Source: Candidatus Nomurabacteria bacterium (lineage in GTDB: Bacteria > Patescibacteriota > Minisyncoccia > Phycocordibacterales > UBA9973). Taken from it: a DNA stretch of 64,000 bases. Every line of letters starts with the position of its first letter. Within the stretch, counting starts at the first letter, position 1. The stretch covers positions 44,513 through 108,512 of the forward strand of contig CAWJHU010000002.1 in NCBI GenBank assembly GCA_963842815.1, written 5' to 3'. Positions 36,921-45,344 of the stretch are shown piece after piece. The translations under genes and the position numbers were made by a program. The notes under the pieces are model-generated. The model ran no database searches. It was given only the letters and a program-made list of their open reading frames with translations, and was not told the origin of the DNA.

Positions 36921-37940
36921 TTAAGAATTACTATTTTGAAATTCATCCCTATATATTGAAATGAGAGTATAAAGCAAGCTGATGGTCAAAGGTCCGACTA
37001 AAATGCCTACCGGACCCAGAAGTGAAATTCCGCCCAAAACGGAAAATAAAATTAAAAGAGGATGCAGATTTATTTTATTGCCCACAATAATTGGATTCAA
37101 TAAAGTGCCGAGAGTTCCTACCATAGCCACCGCCCAAAGTAAAAGCCCGAAAGCTTCCAAAGTTCTTCCTGTGGCGAAAAGAAATATTACAGCCGGGATA
37201 GAAACAATACCACTGCCGACTGTGGGAATGAAAGAAGTAATCATGGCCACCAATCCCCAAAGCGCCGGATTGGGCACTTTGAATATTACAAATCCGATGC
37301 AGACCAATGCTCCCTGAAGAAAAACAACGAAAAGATTTCCTTTGATAATACTGTTTACGGCGAGTGAAAGTTTCTTTATTATTTTTTCATTATCAATATC
37401 GGAAAGGGGACTCAGGGCGATTAAGGCTTTTTTCCAATGGGCGCTATCTTTTAAAAAGTAGAAAATAGAAAGAAAAGTAAGGAAAAAGGAAAAAAGTGCA
37501 GATAATGTAGAAGTAAAAACACTAGCCATGTTGTCCGCTATAAAAGAAATGAAATTTGAAATTTTATCGTGTAAATTAAAAGATATGCCGTGAGGGAGTA
37601 TTGAATTGATGGAATTATTTATTGAATCTATGAAAGGCAAAGTATTTCCATTATTGACTACAAAACTATAAACATTCTGGCTTTGGTTGAGAACTACAAC
37701 CCCCGCGCCAAAGAGCAGAACGCCGATTATTATGATAAAAAGCAGTACCGCTAAAAGGGCTGAGAGCCAGCTGGGCACTTTTCTTTTGTTCAGCCAATCA
37801 TAAACAGGATAAAGCACGATGGAAAAAGAAATACTGAGCACCAGTACTATCCAAAAAGGGCGAAAAACAAAAAAAGAAAAAATGAAAATAGCAAATAATA
37901 GACCGATAAAAAAATATTTTCCAATAATTTTTGTTTGCAT
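36921..37940 (-). CDS. AI-2E family transporter (UPF0118/PerM-like)
   Basis: 339 aa with ~8 TM helices and a topology typical of the AI-2E family. Co-directional with cysS and immediately upstream of it. Confidence 0.6.
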   Translation of the reverse strand: MQTKIIGKYFFIGLLFAIFIFSFFVFRPFWIVLVLSISFSIVLYPVYDWLNKRKVPSWLSALLAVLLFIIIIGVLLFGAGVVVLNQSQNVYSFVVNNGNTLPFIDSINNSINSILPHGISFNLHDKISNFISFIADNMASVFTSTLSALFSFFLTFLSIFYFLKDSAHWKKALIALSPLSDIDNEKIIKKLSLAVNSIIKGNLFVVFLQGALVCIGFVIFKVPNPALWGLVAMITSFIPTVGSGIVSIPAVIFLFATGRTLEAFGLLLWAVAMVGTLGTLLNPIIVGNKINLHPLLILFSVLGGISLLGPVGILVGPLTISLLYTLISIYRDEFQNSNS

Positions 37941-38024
37941 ATGTCAAATATTATAAACCATAAACCTTTAAAATACAACCATATTTTTAGGGTGCAGTTG
38001 CCTTTTTAAGGGATTTCGTATAAT

Positions 38025-38351
38025 ATGGGTTATATGAAATTTGCAGTCATACAAACAGGCGGAAAACAATACAAAGTCCAGAAAGACGAGCTGTTTCCCA
38101 TTGAAAAAATGACGGGGGAATACAAAGTTGGAGACAAAATCTCTTTTGATAAAGTTCTTCTGGTAGATGACGGCAAGAATACAACTATCGGCACTCCTCA
38201 TATCAAGGGGGCAAGCGTTGAAGCTGAATTGGTACAAATCGGTCGCGCTCGAAAAGTTTTAGTAATGAAATACAAGCAAAAATCCCGTTATCTCCGCCGC
38301 AACGGCCACCGCCAGCCATTTTTTAAAGTAAAAATTTTGGATATAAAATAA
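38025..38351 (+). CDS. rplU: 50S ribosomal protein L21
   Basis: MKFAVIQTGGKQYKVQKDE...HIKGASVEAELVQIGRARKVLVMKYKQKSRYLRRNGHRQPFFKVKI. Confidence 0.9.
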   Translation: MGYMKFAVIQTGGKQYKVQKDELFPIEKMTGEYKVGDKISFDKVLLVDDGKNTTIGTPHIKGASVEAELVQIGRARKVLVMKYKQKSRYLRRNGHRQPFFKVKILDIK

Positions 38352-38380
38352 AAAAACTTCTGATTTATTCAGAAGTTTTT

Positions 38381-38992
38381 TTATTGCCTGTTTTTTAGGG
38401 CGTTTTTAAGAGTATCGTTATCGGAATATTCAAGTTCGGTGCCAGTGGAGAGACCTCGGCCCAAAGAAGAAATTTTGATGCTCAAAGGTTCCAGGATGCC
38501 CTTCAATTGATTGCGGACATAGAAATCTGTGTGATTGCCTTGGGGATTCAAAGAAAAAGCCAAAATTATTTCTTTCAGGCCTTTTTCATTTTGTATTTTT
38601 TTAATTAATTCATTGATTCTGATTCTGGAATTCGTATTTTTTTCAACGATGGGCACCAGTCCTCCCAGAATAAAATATTTGCCATTGTAAACTCTACTGG
38701 CATTGATACTTTCCAAATCGGAATCTTTTTCCACCACCATCAAAATAGAAGAATCAACGCTTTTGTCCGCGCAGATCTCACACACTTTTTCTTTTTTATT
38801 TTCGGAAACGAAAAATCTAAAGCAGGAAGAACATTGTAAAGTGTCTTTTCTCAACTCTTTTATCAGTTCGGATAAATCGGAGGTAAAATCCAAATTTTTT
38901 GCCATCAAAAAATAAACAAAACGTTTTGCTTGTCTTTCTCCAATTCCGGGAAACTCTTTAAAAATTTCAGTTAGTTTTTCTATGGTGTTCAT
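38381..38992 (-). CDS. recR: recombination protein RecR
   Basis: An HhH motif, a C4 zinc finger (CSSC...CEIC), and a Toprim domain. Confidence 0.9.
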   Translation of the reverse strand: MNTIEKLTEIFKEFPGIGERQAKRFVYFLMAKNLDFTSDLSELIKELRKDTLQCSSCFRFFVSENKKEKVCEICADKSVDSSILMVVEKDSDLESINASRVYNGKYFILGGLVPIVEKNTNSRIRINELIKKIQNEKGLKEIILAFSLNPQGNHTDFYVRNQLKGILEPLSIKISSLGRGLSTGTELEYSDNDTLKNALKNRQ

Positions 38993-38993
38993 T

Positions 38994-40385
38994 TTAGAAT
39001 TCTTCTAGGTCTTCATTTATCTTGGCTGCGGAAAATTCACTTAGACTGCTTTTTTCAAGATTTAGGAAAGTAGTGGTTTTCTCGTCAAAATACAAATCCA
39101 CTTTGCCGGTTGGGCCATTGCGGTGTTTTTCAATTAAAATTTCGGCTATATTTGTTTTTTCGGATTCATCTTTGCCTTTATCTTCCCGATGAATAAACAT
39201 CACCACATCCGCATCCTGTTCAATGGAACCTGAATCACGAAGGTCGGAAAGTCTCGGTTTGCCTCCGCGGGATTCCACGGCGCGGGAAAGTTGGGAAAGG
39301 GCCAGTACCGGCACATCCAGTTCTTTGGCCAAACTTTTTAGTGATCTGGAAATTTCTGTCACTTGATTCACCATAGAATCATAGTTTTTGGAAGTGGTCA
39401 TAAGTTGCAGATAGTCAACGATAACAAGATCCAGTCCTTTTTCCGCTTTTAATCTGCGGGCCAGCGCTTTCATGCGGACGATGGAATTGCCTGGCTGGTC
39501 ATCAATATAAATTTTAGCTTTGGCCAGTTTATCCAACGAATCCCGAAGCTGAGAAAAATCTCGGTCGGAAGACAAGTGTCCGGTGCGCAAGTTCCAGGCA
39601 TTCACCCGGGATTCGGCCGAGAGCATTCTGTCCACCAATTGCTGGGAAGACATTTCCAGAGAAAAAATTAAAACAGATTTGTCGTGGGTAATAGAAGACA
39701 TGCGGGCGATATCAAGGGCAAGAGTAGTTTTTCCCATGGAAGGCCTGGCGGCAATAATAACCAAATCGGATTTTTGTAAACCCGAAAGCGCATTATCCAA
39801 ATCCCGGAAACCGGTTGGCAATCCTCGAAGCATATCTTTGTGCTCGTGTAATTTTTCCAAACGTTCCCAGGCCTCCGGCAAAGCATCTTTCAGGTTTGTA
39901 TATTTTTGACTTTTTGGAGACGAAATTACGCTGAAAATTTTCTTTTCGGCCATATCTAAAATATCATCCATATGGTCATCGCCTTCTTCAAAACCGAGTT
40001 CTGAAACATAATCTGCCGCTTCTATCAAACTTCTCAAAACATATTTTTTTTGCACAATCTCGGCATAATGCTTCACGTTGGTGGAAGAGGGGACAACATT
40101 TACTATTTCCGCCAGATATTGGTTGCCTCCGACTCTATCAAGTTCTTTTCTTTCGCCTAGTTTCGTGGAAAGGGAAAGCATATCTATCGGTTCATTTTTC
40201 AGAGACAAATCCAGCATGGCGCGGAAAATTATTTTATTTTTTTCAACATAAAAAGAATCGGGGTTGATTATATCTTCCACTTCATGCATGGCTTCCTTGC
40301 GAAGCATAATAGACCCGAGCACTGCTTGTTCCGAAGGAATACTTTGAGGAGGAATGCGCAAGTCCTTTTTCTTTACTTTTGCCAT
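38994..40385 (-). CDS. dnaB: replicative DNA helicase DnaB
   Basis: An N-terminal DnaB domain and the RecA-like Walker A ARPSMGKTTLAL with the H1-H4 motifs. Confidence 0.93.
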   Translation of the reverse strand: MAKVKKKDLRIPPQSIPSEQAVLGSIMLRKEAMHEVEDIINPDSFYVEKNKIIFRAMLDLSLKNEPIDMLSLSTKLGERKELDRVGGNQYLAEIVNVVPSSTNVKHYAEIVQKKYVLRSLIEAADYVSELGFEEGDDHMDDILDMAEKKIFSVISSPKSQKYTNLKDALPEAWERLEKLHEHKDMLRGLPTGFRDLDNALSGLQKSDLVIIAARPSMGKTTLALDIARMSSITHDKSVLIFSLEMSSQQLVDRMLSAESRVNAWNLRTGHLSSDRDFSQLRDSLDKLAKAKIYIDDQPGNSIVRMKALARRLKAEKGLDLVIVDYLQLMTTSKNYDSMVNQVTEISRSLKSLAKELDVPVLALSQLSRAVESRGGKPRLSDLRDSGSIEQDADVVMFIHREDKGKDESEKTNIAEILIEKHRNGPTGKVDLYFDEKTTTFLNLEKSSLSEFSAAKINEDLEEF

Positions 40386-40488
40386 AGGGTTATTCTAGGG
40401 CAGGGTAAAAAAATAGTCAAAGCAAAAAATGCATAAGCCTGTTATTAAAATGGGGACAAGTTTTTGCAAAATGTGCTAATATATTATT

Positions 40489-41436
40489 ATGTCTAAAAAG
40501 GTATTATTATCAGGCGTAAAACCAACCGGTGCCCCGCATATCGGCAATTATTTCGGCGCCATGAAGCAATTTGTGGATTTGCAAAAAGACCATGAAGGCT
40601 ATGTTTTTATCGCCGATTATCACGCCCTGAATTTTGTTCAAAATAAAGAAGAGATGCAGAAAAATATTATCGGAGTTTTGCTTGATTATTTGGCCATTGG
40701 TTTGGACCCTAAAAAATTAACCATATTCAAACAGTCGGACATTTCCGAACATACCGAGCTCGCTTGGATTTTTGATGCCATTACCACCATGCCCTATTTA
40801 ATGCGCGCCCACGCTTTCAAAGATGCGGAAGCGAAAAATAAAGAAATTTGCGTAGGCACTTTTAATTATCCGATGCTCATGGCCGCCGACATTTTGCTTT
40901 ATGGTCCGGATGTCGTGCCTGTGGGAGCTGACCAAAAACAGCATGTGGAAATTGCCCGGGATACGGCTGAAAAATTTAACCGCATTTTCGGCGAGACTTT
41001 TAAATTGCCGGAACCGATGATTATGAAAGATATGGCAGTGGTGCCGGGAACTGATGGCAGAAAAATGTCCAAGAGCTACGGCAATCACATTCCGCTTTTT
41101 GCCGAATACGAAGAAATAAAAAAATGCGTGATGAGTATCGTCACCGATTCGGACGAGGGAATTCCCAAAAATGTTTTTACCATACACAGCTTGCTTCGTC
41201 CGGCTTCGGAACTTTTGCCTATCTATGAGGGTAAGGCAGGCAAGTATAAAGAATTGAAAGAAATGCTGATAGAAGATTTGGAAAAATTTATAGCGCCCAT
41301 GCGGGAGAGACGAAAAGAATTCGCCAAAGATATTCCGAAAGCTCTGAAGATTTTGAAAGCAGGTAGTGAAAAGGTAAAAAAAGTGGCTTCAATAAAAATG
41401 AAAGAAGTGCGGGGAAAAATCGGAGTCAGTTTTTAG
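40489..41436 (+). CDS. trpS: tryptophan--tRNA ligase
   Basis: SGVKPTGAPHIGNYFGA (HIGH) and KMSKS are present. Length is 315 aa. Confidence 0.93.
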   Translation: MSKKVLLSGVKPTGAPHIGNYFGAMKQFVDLQKDHEGYVFIADYHALNFVQNKEEMQKNIIGVLLDYLAIGLDPKKLTIFKQSDISEHTELAWIFDAITTMPYLMRAHAFKDAEAKNKEICVGTFNYPMLMAADILLYGPDVVPVGADQKQHVEIARDTAEKFNRIFGETFKLPEPMIMKDMAVVPGTDGRKMSKSYGNHIPLFAEYEEIKKCVMSIVTDSDEGIPKNVFTIHSLLRPASELLPIYEGKAGKYKELKEMLIEDLEKFIAPMRERRKEFAKDIPKALKILKAGSEKVKKVASIKMKEVRGKIGVSF

Positions 41437-41473
41437 CTTCATATTGTCAATCACTTAAATATATGCTATTCTA

Positions 41474-41505
41474 AGGGGCAACTAACAGTTGTCCTTTTAT
41501 TTTTA
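41474..41505 (+). terminator. hairpin followed by a T-run, downstream of trpS
   Basis: GGGCAACT-aac-AGTTGTCC followed by TTTTATTTTT. Confidence 0.4.
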
Positions 41506-41514
41506 GGAGAGTAT

Positions 41515-41658
41515 ATGCCGGAAGAAAAAGTTGCGAAAAAAGAGGATTTTGGTAAAAACAAAATCTCTGGGAAAGGAATGTATTTCCCAGTGAAAATGGC
41601 TCTGCTAAAAAAACAGCAAGCCGAAAAGGCAAAAGAGGAAGAAAAACAGCGAAAGTAA
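41515..41658 (+). CDS. small Lys-rich protein (47 aa), hypothetical
   Basis: MPEEKVAKKEDFGKNKISGKGMYFPVKMALLKKQQAEKAKEEEKQRK. A strong AGGAGA Shine-Dalgarno sits 7 nt upstream. A hairpin terminator (CAGCGA...TCGCTG plus T8) lies immediately downstream. It is below the track's length cutoff. Confidence 0.4.
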   Translation: MPEEKVAKKEDFGKNKISGKGMYFPVKMALLKKQQAEKAKEEEKQRK

Positions 41659-41713
41659 TTATTTAGTTACTTCCTCGCTGTTTTTTTTGGTTAGCCTATG
41701 ATAAAATAATAGG

Positions 41714-43054
41714 ATGCAAAACAGAGTTTATATAAAAGATTTAAAAGACAATATCGGCAAAGAAATAATTATCGCCGGCTGGGTGAATATTAGGCGTGAC
41801 CAGGGGAAAATGGTGTTTTTTGATATGCGCGATATGACGGGTCTGGTGCAATGTGTCACTTTGCCTTCCCATACGGAAGCCATAGAAAAAGCGAAAGAAA
41901 TTCGTCCGGAATGGGTTTTGAAAATTACCGGCATTGTGAACAAGCGCCCGGATAAAAATATAAAAACCGACGTTCTGAACGGCAGTGTTGAGCTGGAAGT
42001 CACGGGAATAGAAATTATTACTAAAGCCAATGAATTGCCTTTTGCCTTGGATGCCGACCTCAACATAGACACCTTACTTGATTACAGGCCACTCACTTTA
42101 CGTCGTGACAGGGAACAGGCAATTTTTAAAGTTCAGAATGTTATTCTAAAATCATTTAGAGAATTTTTACTGAATGAAAAGTTTACGGAGTTTCGCGCGC
42201 CACTTATAGTTGGCGACGATGCAGAAGGAGGAACAGAAGTTTTTAAATTTGAATATTTTTATGAAAAAATGGCATGTCTTGCCACCAGCCCGCAATTATA
42301 TAAACAAATAATGGTTGGAGTTTTTGAAAGAGTTTTTACGGTTACAAATGTATTTCGCGCGGAAAAGCATTCTACCACCAGACATTTGAATGAATACACT
42401 TCTTTAGACTTGGAAATGGGTTTTATTGACGGTCCGGAAGATGTTATGAAATTAGAAACTCGCCTTTTGAGGTATATGACAAACAAATTAAAAGAAGAGT
42501 GTGCGGAAGAGTTTAAATTGCTTGGAGCAGAATTTCCTCTTTTGCCAGAGGGCGAAATGTTTCCAAAAATGAAACTGACTGATGCCCAAAAATTGATTTC
42601 AAAATCAACTGGGGTTGATTGTACCAAAGAACCAGACCTTGACCCGGAACATGAACGCTGGCTTTCCGAATATGCTAAAAAAGAATTTAATTCAGACTTT
42701 ATTTTTATAACTAATTATCCGCGAACTAAAAGGCCGTTTTATGCCATGGATGATCCGGAAGTAGAAGGTAGGACAAAATGTTATGACCTATTATTCAAAG
42801 GGTTGGAATTACTTTCAGGGAACCAAAGGGAACATCGCTATGATGTTTTAGTGGAAAAAATGAAATGGAAAGGACTTGATCCCGAAAAATTCAGTTTTTA
42901 TCTTCAGGCTTTCAAATACGGCATGCCTCCGCACGGAGGACTGGCCATGGGACTTGAACGTTTAACTGCGCGTTTCCTCAATATTCCAAACATTAAAGAA
43001 GCCACGCTTTTCCCTCGCGATATCAATCGCATAGACAAAAGGCTCTCGGAATAA
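41714..43054 (+). CDS. aspS: aspartate--tRNA ligase (class IIb, short archaeal/type-2-like form; Asn versus Asp specificity not resolved)
   Basis: N-terminal OB fold (IIAGWVNIRRDQGKMVFFDMRD). Class II motifs are FRAE, and the motif-3 region GGLAMGLERL is closer to AspRS. 446 aa. Confidence 0.8.
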   Translation: MQNRVYIKDLKDNIGKEIIIAGWVNIRRDQGKMVFFDMRDMTGLVQCVTLPSHTEAIEKAKEIRPEWVLKITGIVNKRPDKNIKTDVLNGSVELEVTGIEIITKANELPFALDADLNIDTLLDYRPLTLRRDREQAIFKVQNVILKSFREFLLNEKFTEFRAPLIVGDDAEGGTEVFKFEYFYEKMACLATSPQLYKQIMVGVFERVFTVTNVFRAEKHSTTRHLNEYTSLDLEMGFIDGPEDVMKLETRLLRYMTNKLKEECAEEFKLLGAEFPLLPEGEMFPKMKLTDAQKLISKSTGVDCTKEPDLDPEHERWLSEYAKKEFNSDFIFITNYPRTKRPFYAMDDPEVEGRTKCYDLLFKGLELLSGNQREHRYDVLVEKMKWKGLDPEKFSFYLQAFKYGMPPHGGLAMGLERLTARFLNIPNIKEATLFPRDINRIDKRLSE

Positions 43055-43057
43055 AAT

Positions 43058-43294
43058 ATGAACGGTTGGACAATAGATGAAAAGAAGCAAAAAATTTTCA
43101 AAGAATATAAATTCAAGGATTTTATCGGCGCCATAAATTTTGTAAATAGAATTTCCGAGATAGCGGAAGAAGAGGGGCACCATCCCGACATTCATATTTT
43201 TTATAACAAAGTCCTTCTGGAACTCTCCACGCATTCCGCTGGAGGTCTTACTGAAAAAGATTTTGCTCTAGCTGAAAAAATAGATGAAATTTAA
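43058..43294 (+). CDS. pterin-4a-carbinolamine dehydratase (PCD/DCoH)
   Basis: The signature EEGHHPDIHIF. 78 aa. Confidence 0.8.
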   Translation: MNGWTIDEKKQKIFKEYKFKDFIGAINFVNRISEIAEEEGHHPDIHIFYNKVLLELSTHSAGGLTEKDFALAEKIDEI

Positions 43295-43339
43295 TAGATA
43301 AAATCTTTACTTTGCCTATTTTTAGAGTATAGTATAAAT

Positions 43340-44725
43340 ATGAAAATTACTTTTTTAAACAGTCAAAAAGAAGCAAAAAAAGATACGCTTTTTGTGTCTG
43401 TTAGCCCTAAAAATAAGGATGAAATAGTGAAAGAAAATGGTGTCAAAACACTCTTTTTGAAATGCGATGAATTGGGGAAAATGAATTTAAGAAAGCTTTT
43501 TTTGCTTGTACGTAAAATGATTATTTTAGCCAAAGGCGTAAAGGCAGAAAAAATAGGTTTTGATTTTAAGGATTTCAAATTCAAGGGCGCAAAAATTTCC
43601 GACGAAGAACTCGGTGAAATTATCGGTACCCAGCTTGATTTTGCAAATTATGAGTTTACAGAATACAAAACACCGACCGAAGAAGGTTTTGCCGATATAA
43701 AAGAAGTAATTATTTCTGCTTGCCCTGAGCGAAGTCGAAGGGGAATTTTGAAAGGAGATATTATTGCTCAGGAAGTAAACAAAACTCGCTCACTGGCAAA
43801 TGCCCCGGGCGGAGACATGACTCCGCAGATTTTGGCAAGAAAAGCGCAGGAAGCGGTGAAAGGTTTACCGGTGAAAGTCACGGTGCTGGGCGAAAAGGAA
43901 ATGGAAAAGCAAAATATGCGGGCGATACTTTCCGTCGGACGCGGTTCGGATGAAGAATCCAAATTTATTATTATGGAATATGTAGGAGACAAGAAAAATG
44001 AAAAACCTATTGTTCTCGTCGGCAAAGGCGTTACTTTTGATTCAGGTGGCATAAATCTAAAACCTTCACGCAGTCTTCTCGGTATGAATATGGATATGTC
44101 CGGAGGCGCAGCCGTCATCCATACTATTGCGCTCGTTGCCAAAATGAAATTAAAAAAAAATGTGATTGGTCTGATTCCTTCGGTTGAAAATATGCCGTCG
44201 GGGAAAAGTTATAGGCCGGGAGATGTTATTCGTTCAATGTCGGGCAAGACTATTGAAGTGTTGAATACCGACGCTGAAGGCAGGATTATTTTAGCCGATG
44301 CGCTGACTTATTCTCAAAAATATAAACCGGAAGTGGTGATAGATATTGCTACTTTGACCGGGGCAGCTTGTGTTGCTTTGGGAGAGAGAGCAACAGCGAT
44401 TTTTACCGAAGATGATAATTTGTCAAAAAAAATAGAAAAAATAGGAGAGGAAACAGGGGATTATCTCTGGCGCTTGCCTTTATGGGAAGAATATGAAAAT
44501 GAAATAAAAGGGTCACTTGGCGATTGGACAAATATTAACAATAAAGATTCCGGCTATGGCGGAGCGATTTATGCCGCTGTTTTCTTGCATCAATTCATCA
44601 AAAACCATAAATGGGTTCATTTAGACATTGCCCCTCGTATGACCTCCATCCCAAGCGAAAACCTCGCCTCCAGCGCTCTTGGCACGCCTGTAAGGCTTTT
44701 GTATAAGTTTATTGAAGAGTATTAA
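43340..44725 (+). CDS. pepA: leucyl aminopeptidase (M17)
   Basis: The M17 signature NTDAEGRIILADAL, plus VGKGVTFDSGG. Confidence 0.9.
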   Translation: MKITFLNSQKEAKKDTLFVSVSPKNKDEIVKENGVKTLFLKCDELGKMNLRKLFLLVRKMIILAKGVKAEKIGFDFKDFKFKGAKISDEELGEIIGTQLDFANYEFTEYKTPTEEGFADIKEVIISACPERSRRGILKGDIIAQEVNKTRSLANAPGGDMTPQILARKAQEAVKGLPVKVTVLGEKEMEKQNMRAILSVGRGSDEESKFIIMEYVGDKKNEKPIVLVGKGVTFDSGGINLKPSRSLLGMNMDMSGGAAVIHTIALVAKMKLKKNVIGLIPSVENMPSGKSYRPGDVIRSMSGKTIEVLNTDAEGRIILADALTYSQKYKPEVVIDIATLTGAACVALGERATAIFTEDDNLSKKIEKIGEETGDYLWRLPLWEEYENEIKGSLGDWTNINNKDSGYGGAIYAAVFLHQFIKNHKWVHLDIAPRMTSIPSENLASSALGTPVRLLYKFIEEY

Positions 44726-44750
44726 ATAAATGTCCCGTTAGAGATTACCT

Positions 44751-44975
44751 ATGTATTACATTCACGTAAAAACTACGGCGGGGGCGAGAAAGGAATCTTT
44801 GAAGCAAAAATCCGAGAATCATTTTGAGATTTCGGTTAAAGAAAAAGCCGAGCACAACCTCGCCAACAGGCGAGTACTGGAGCTCCTTTCTCTTCATTTC
44901 AAGCTCCCAACCTCCCAAATCCGCATTGTTAACGGTCACCATAGTCCGAGTAAATTACTTGTGGTAGAGGATTAA
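44751..44975 (+). CDS. DUF167/YggU family protein
   Basis: 74 aa. IHVKTTAGARKESL...ISVKEKAEHNLANRRVLELLSLHFKLPTSQIRIVNGHHSPSKLLVV fits the UPF0235 pattern. Confidence 0.55.
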   Translation: MYYIHVKTTAGARKESLKQKSENHFEISVKEKAEHNLANRRVLELLSLHFKLPTSQIRIVNGHHSPSKLLVVED

Positions 44976-44994
44976 AAATGGCATAATTAATTTT

Positions 44995-45342
44995 ATGGCT
45001 GATACAAAGAAATTACTCAAACAAATTATTGATTTCCGAAATGCCAGGGATTGGAAACAATTTCACAATCCGAAAGATTTGGCTATTTCTTTATCTCTTG
45101 AAGCTTCTGAAGTTTTAGAACACTTTCAGTGGAAATCAAAAGAAGAAATTGAAGAATATATAAAAACTTATAAAGATCATATAGGTGAGGAACTCATGGA
45201 TGTGCTTTATTGGGTGCTTCTTTTATCTAATGACATAAATATTGATATTGAGAAAGCATTTACAGCGAAAATGAAAAAGAACGCAGAAAAATATTCAGTA
45301 AAAAAATCAAAAGGAAAGCATACAAAATATAATAAACTTTAA
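44995..45342 (+). CDS. MazG-like nucleotide pyrophosphohydrolase
   Basis: FRNARDWKQFHNPKDLAISLSLEASEVLEHFQWK gives the EExxE-type all-alpha NTP-PPase signature. Confidence 0.75.
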   Translation: MADTKKLLKQIIDFRNARDWKQFHNPKDLAISLSLEASEVLEHFQWKSKEEIEEYIKTYKDHIGEELMDVLYWVLLLSNDINIDIEKAFTAKMKKNAEKYSVKKSKGKHTKYNKL

Positions 45343-45344
45343 GC

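Noticed and set aside
41714-43054. Calling this class IIb synthetase asnS
   Set aside because: The motif-3 region (GGLAMGLERL) and the length fit type-2 AspRS better. Specificity cannot be resolved by eye.
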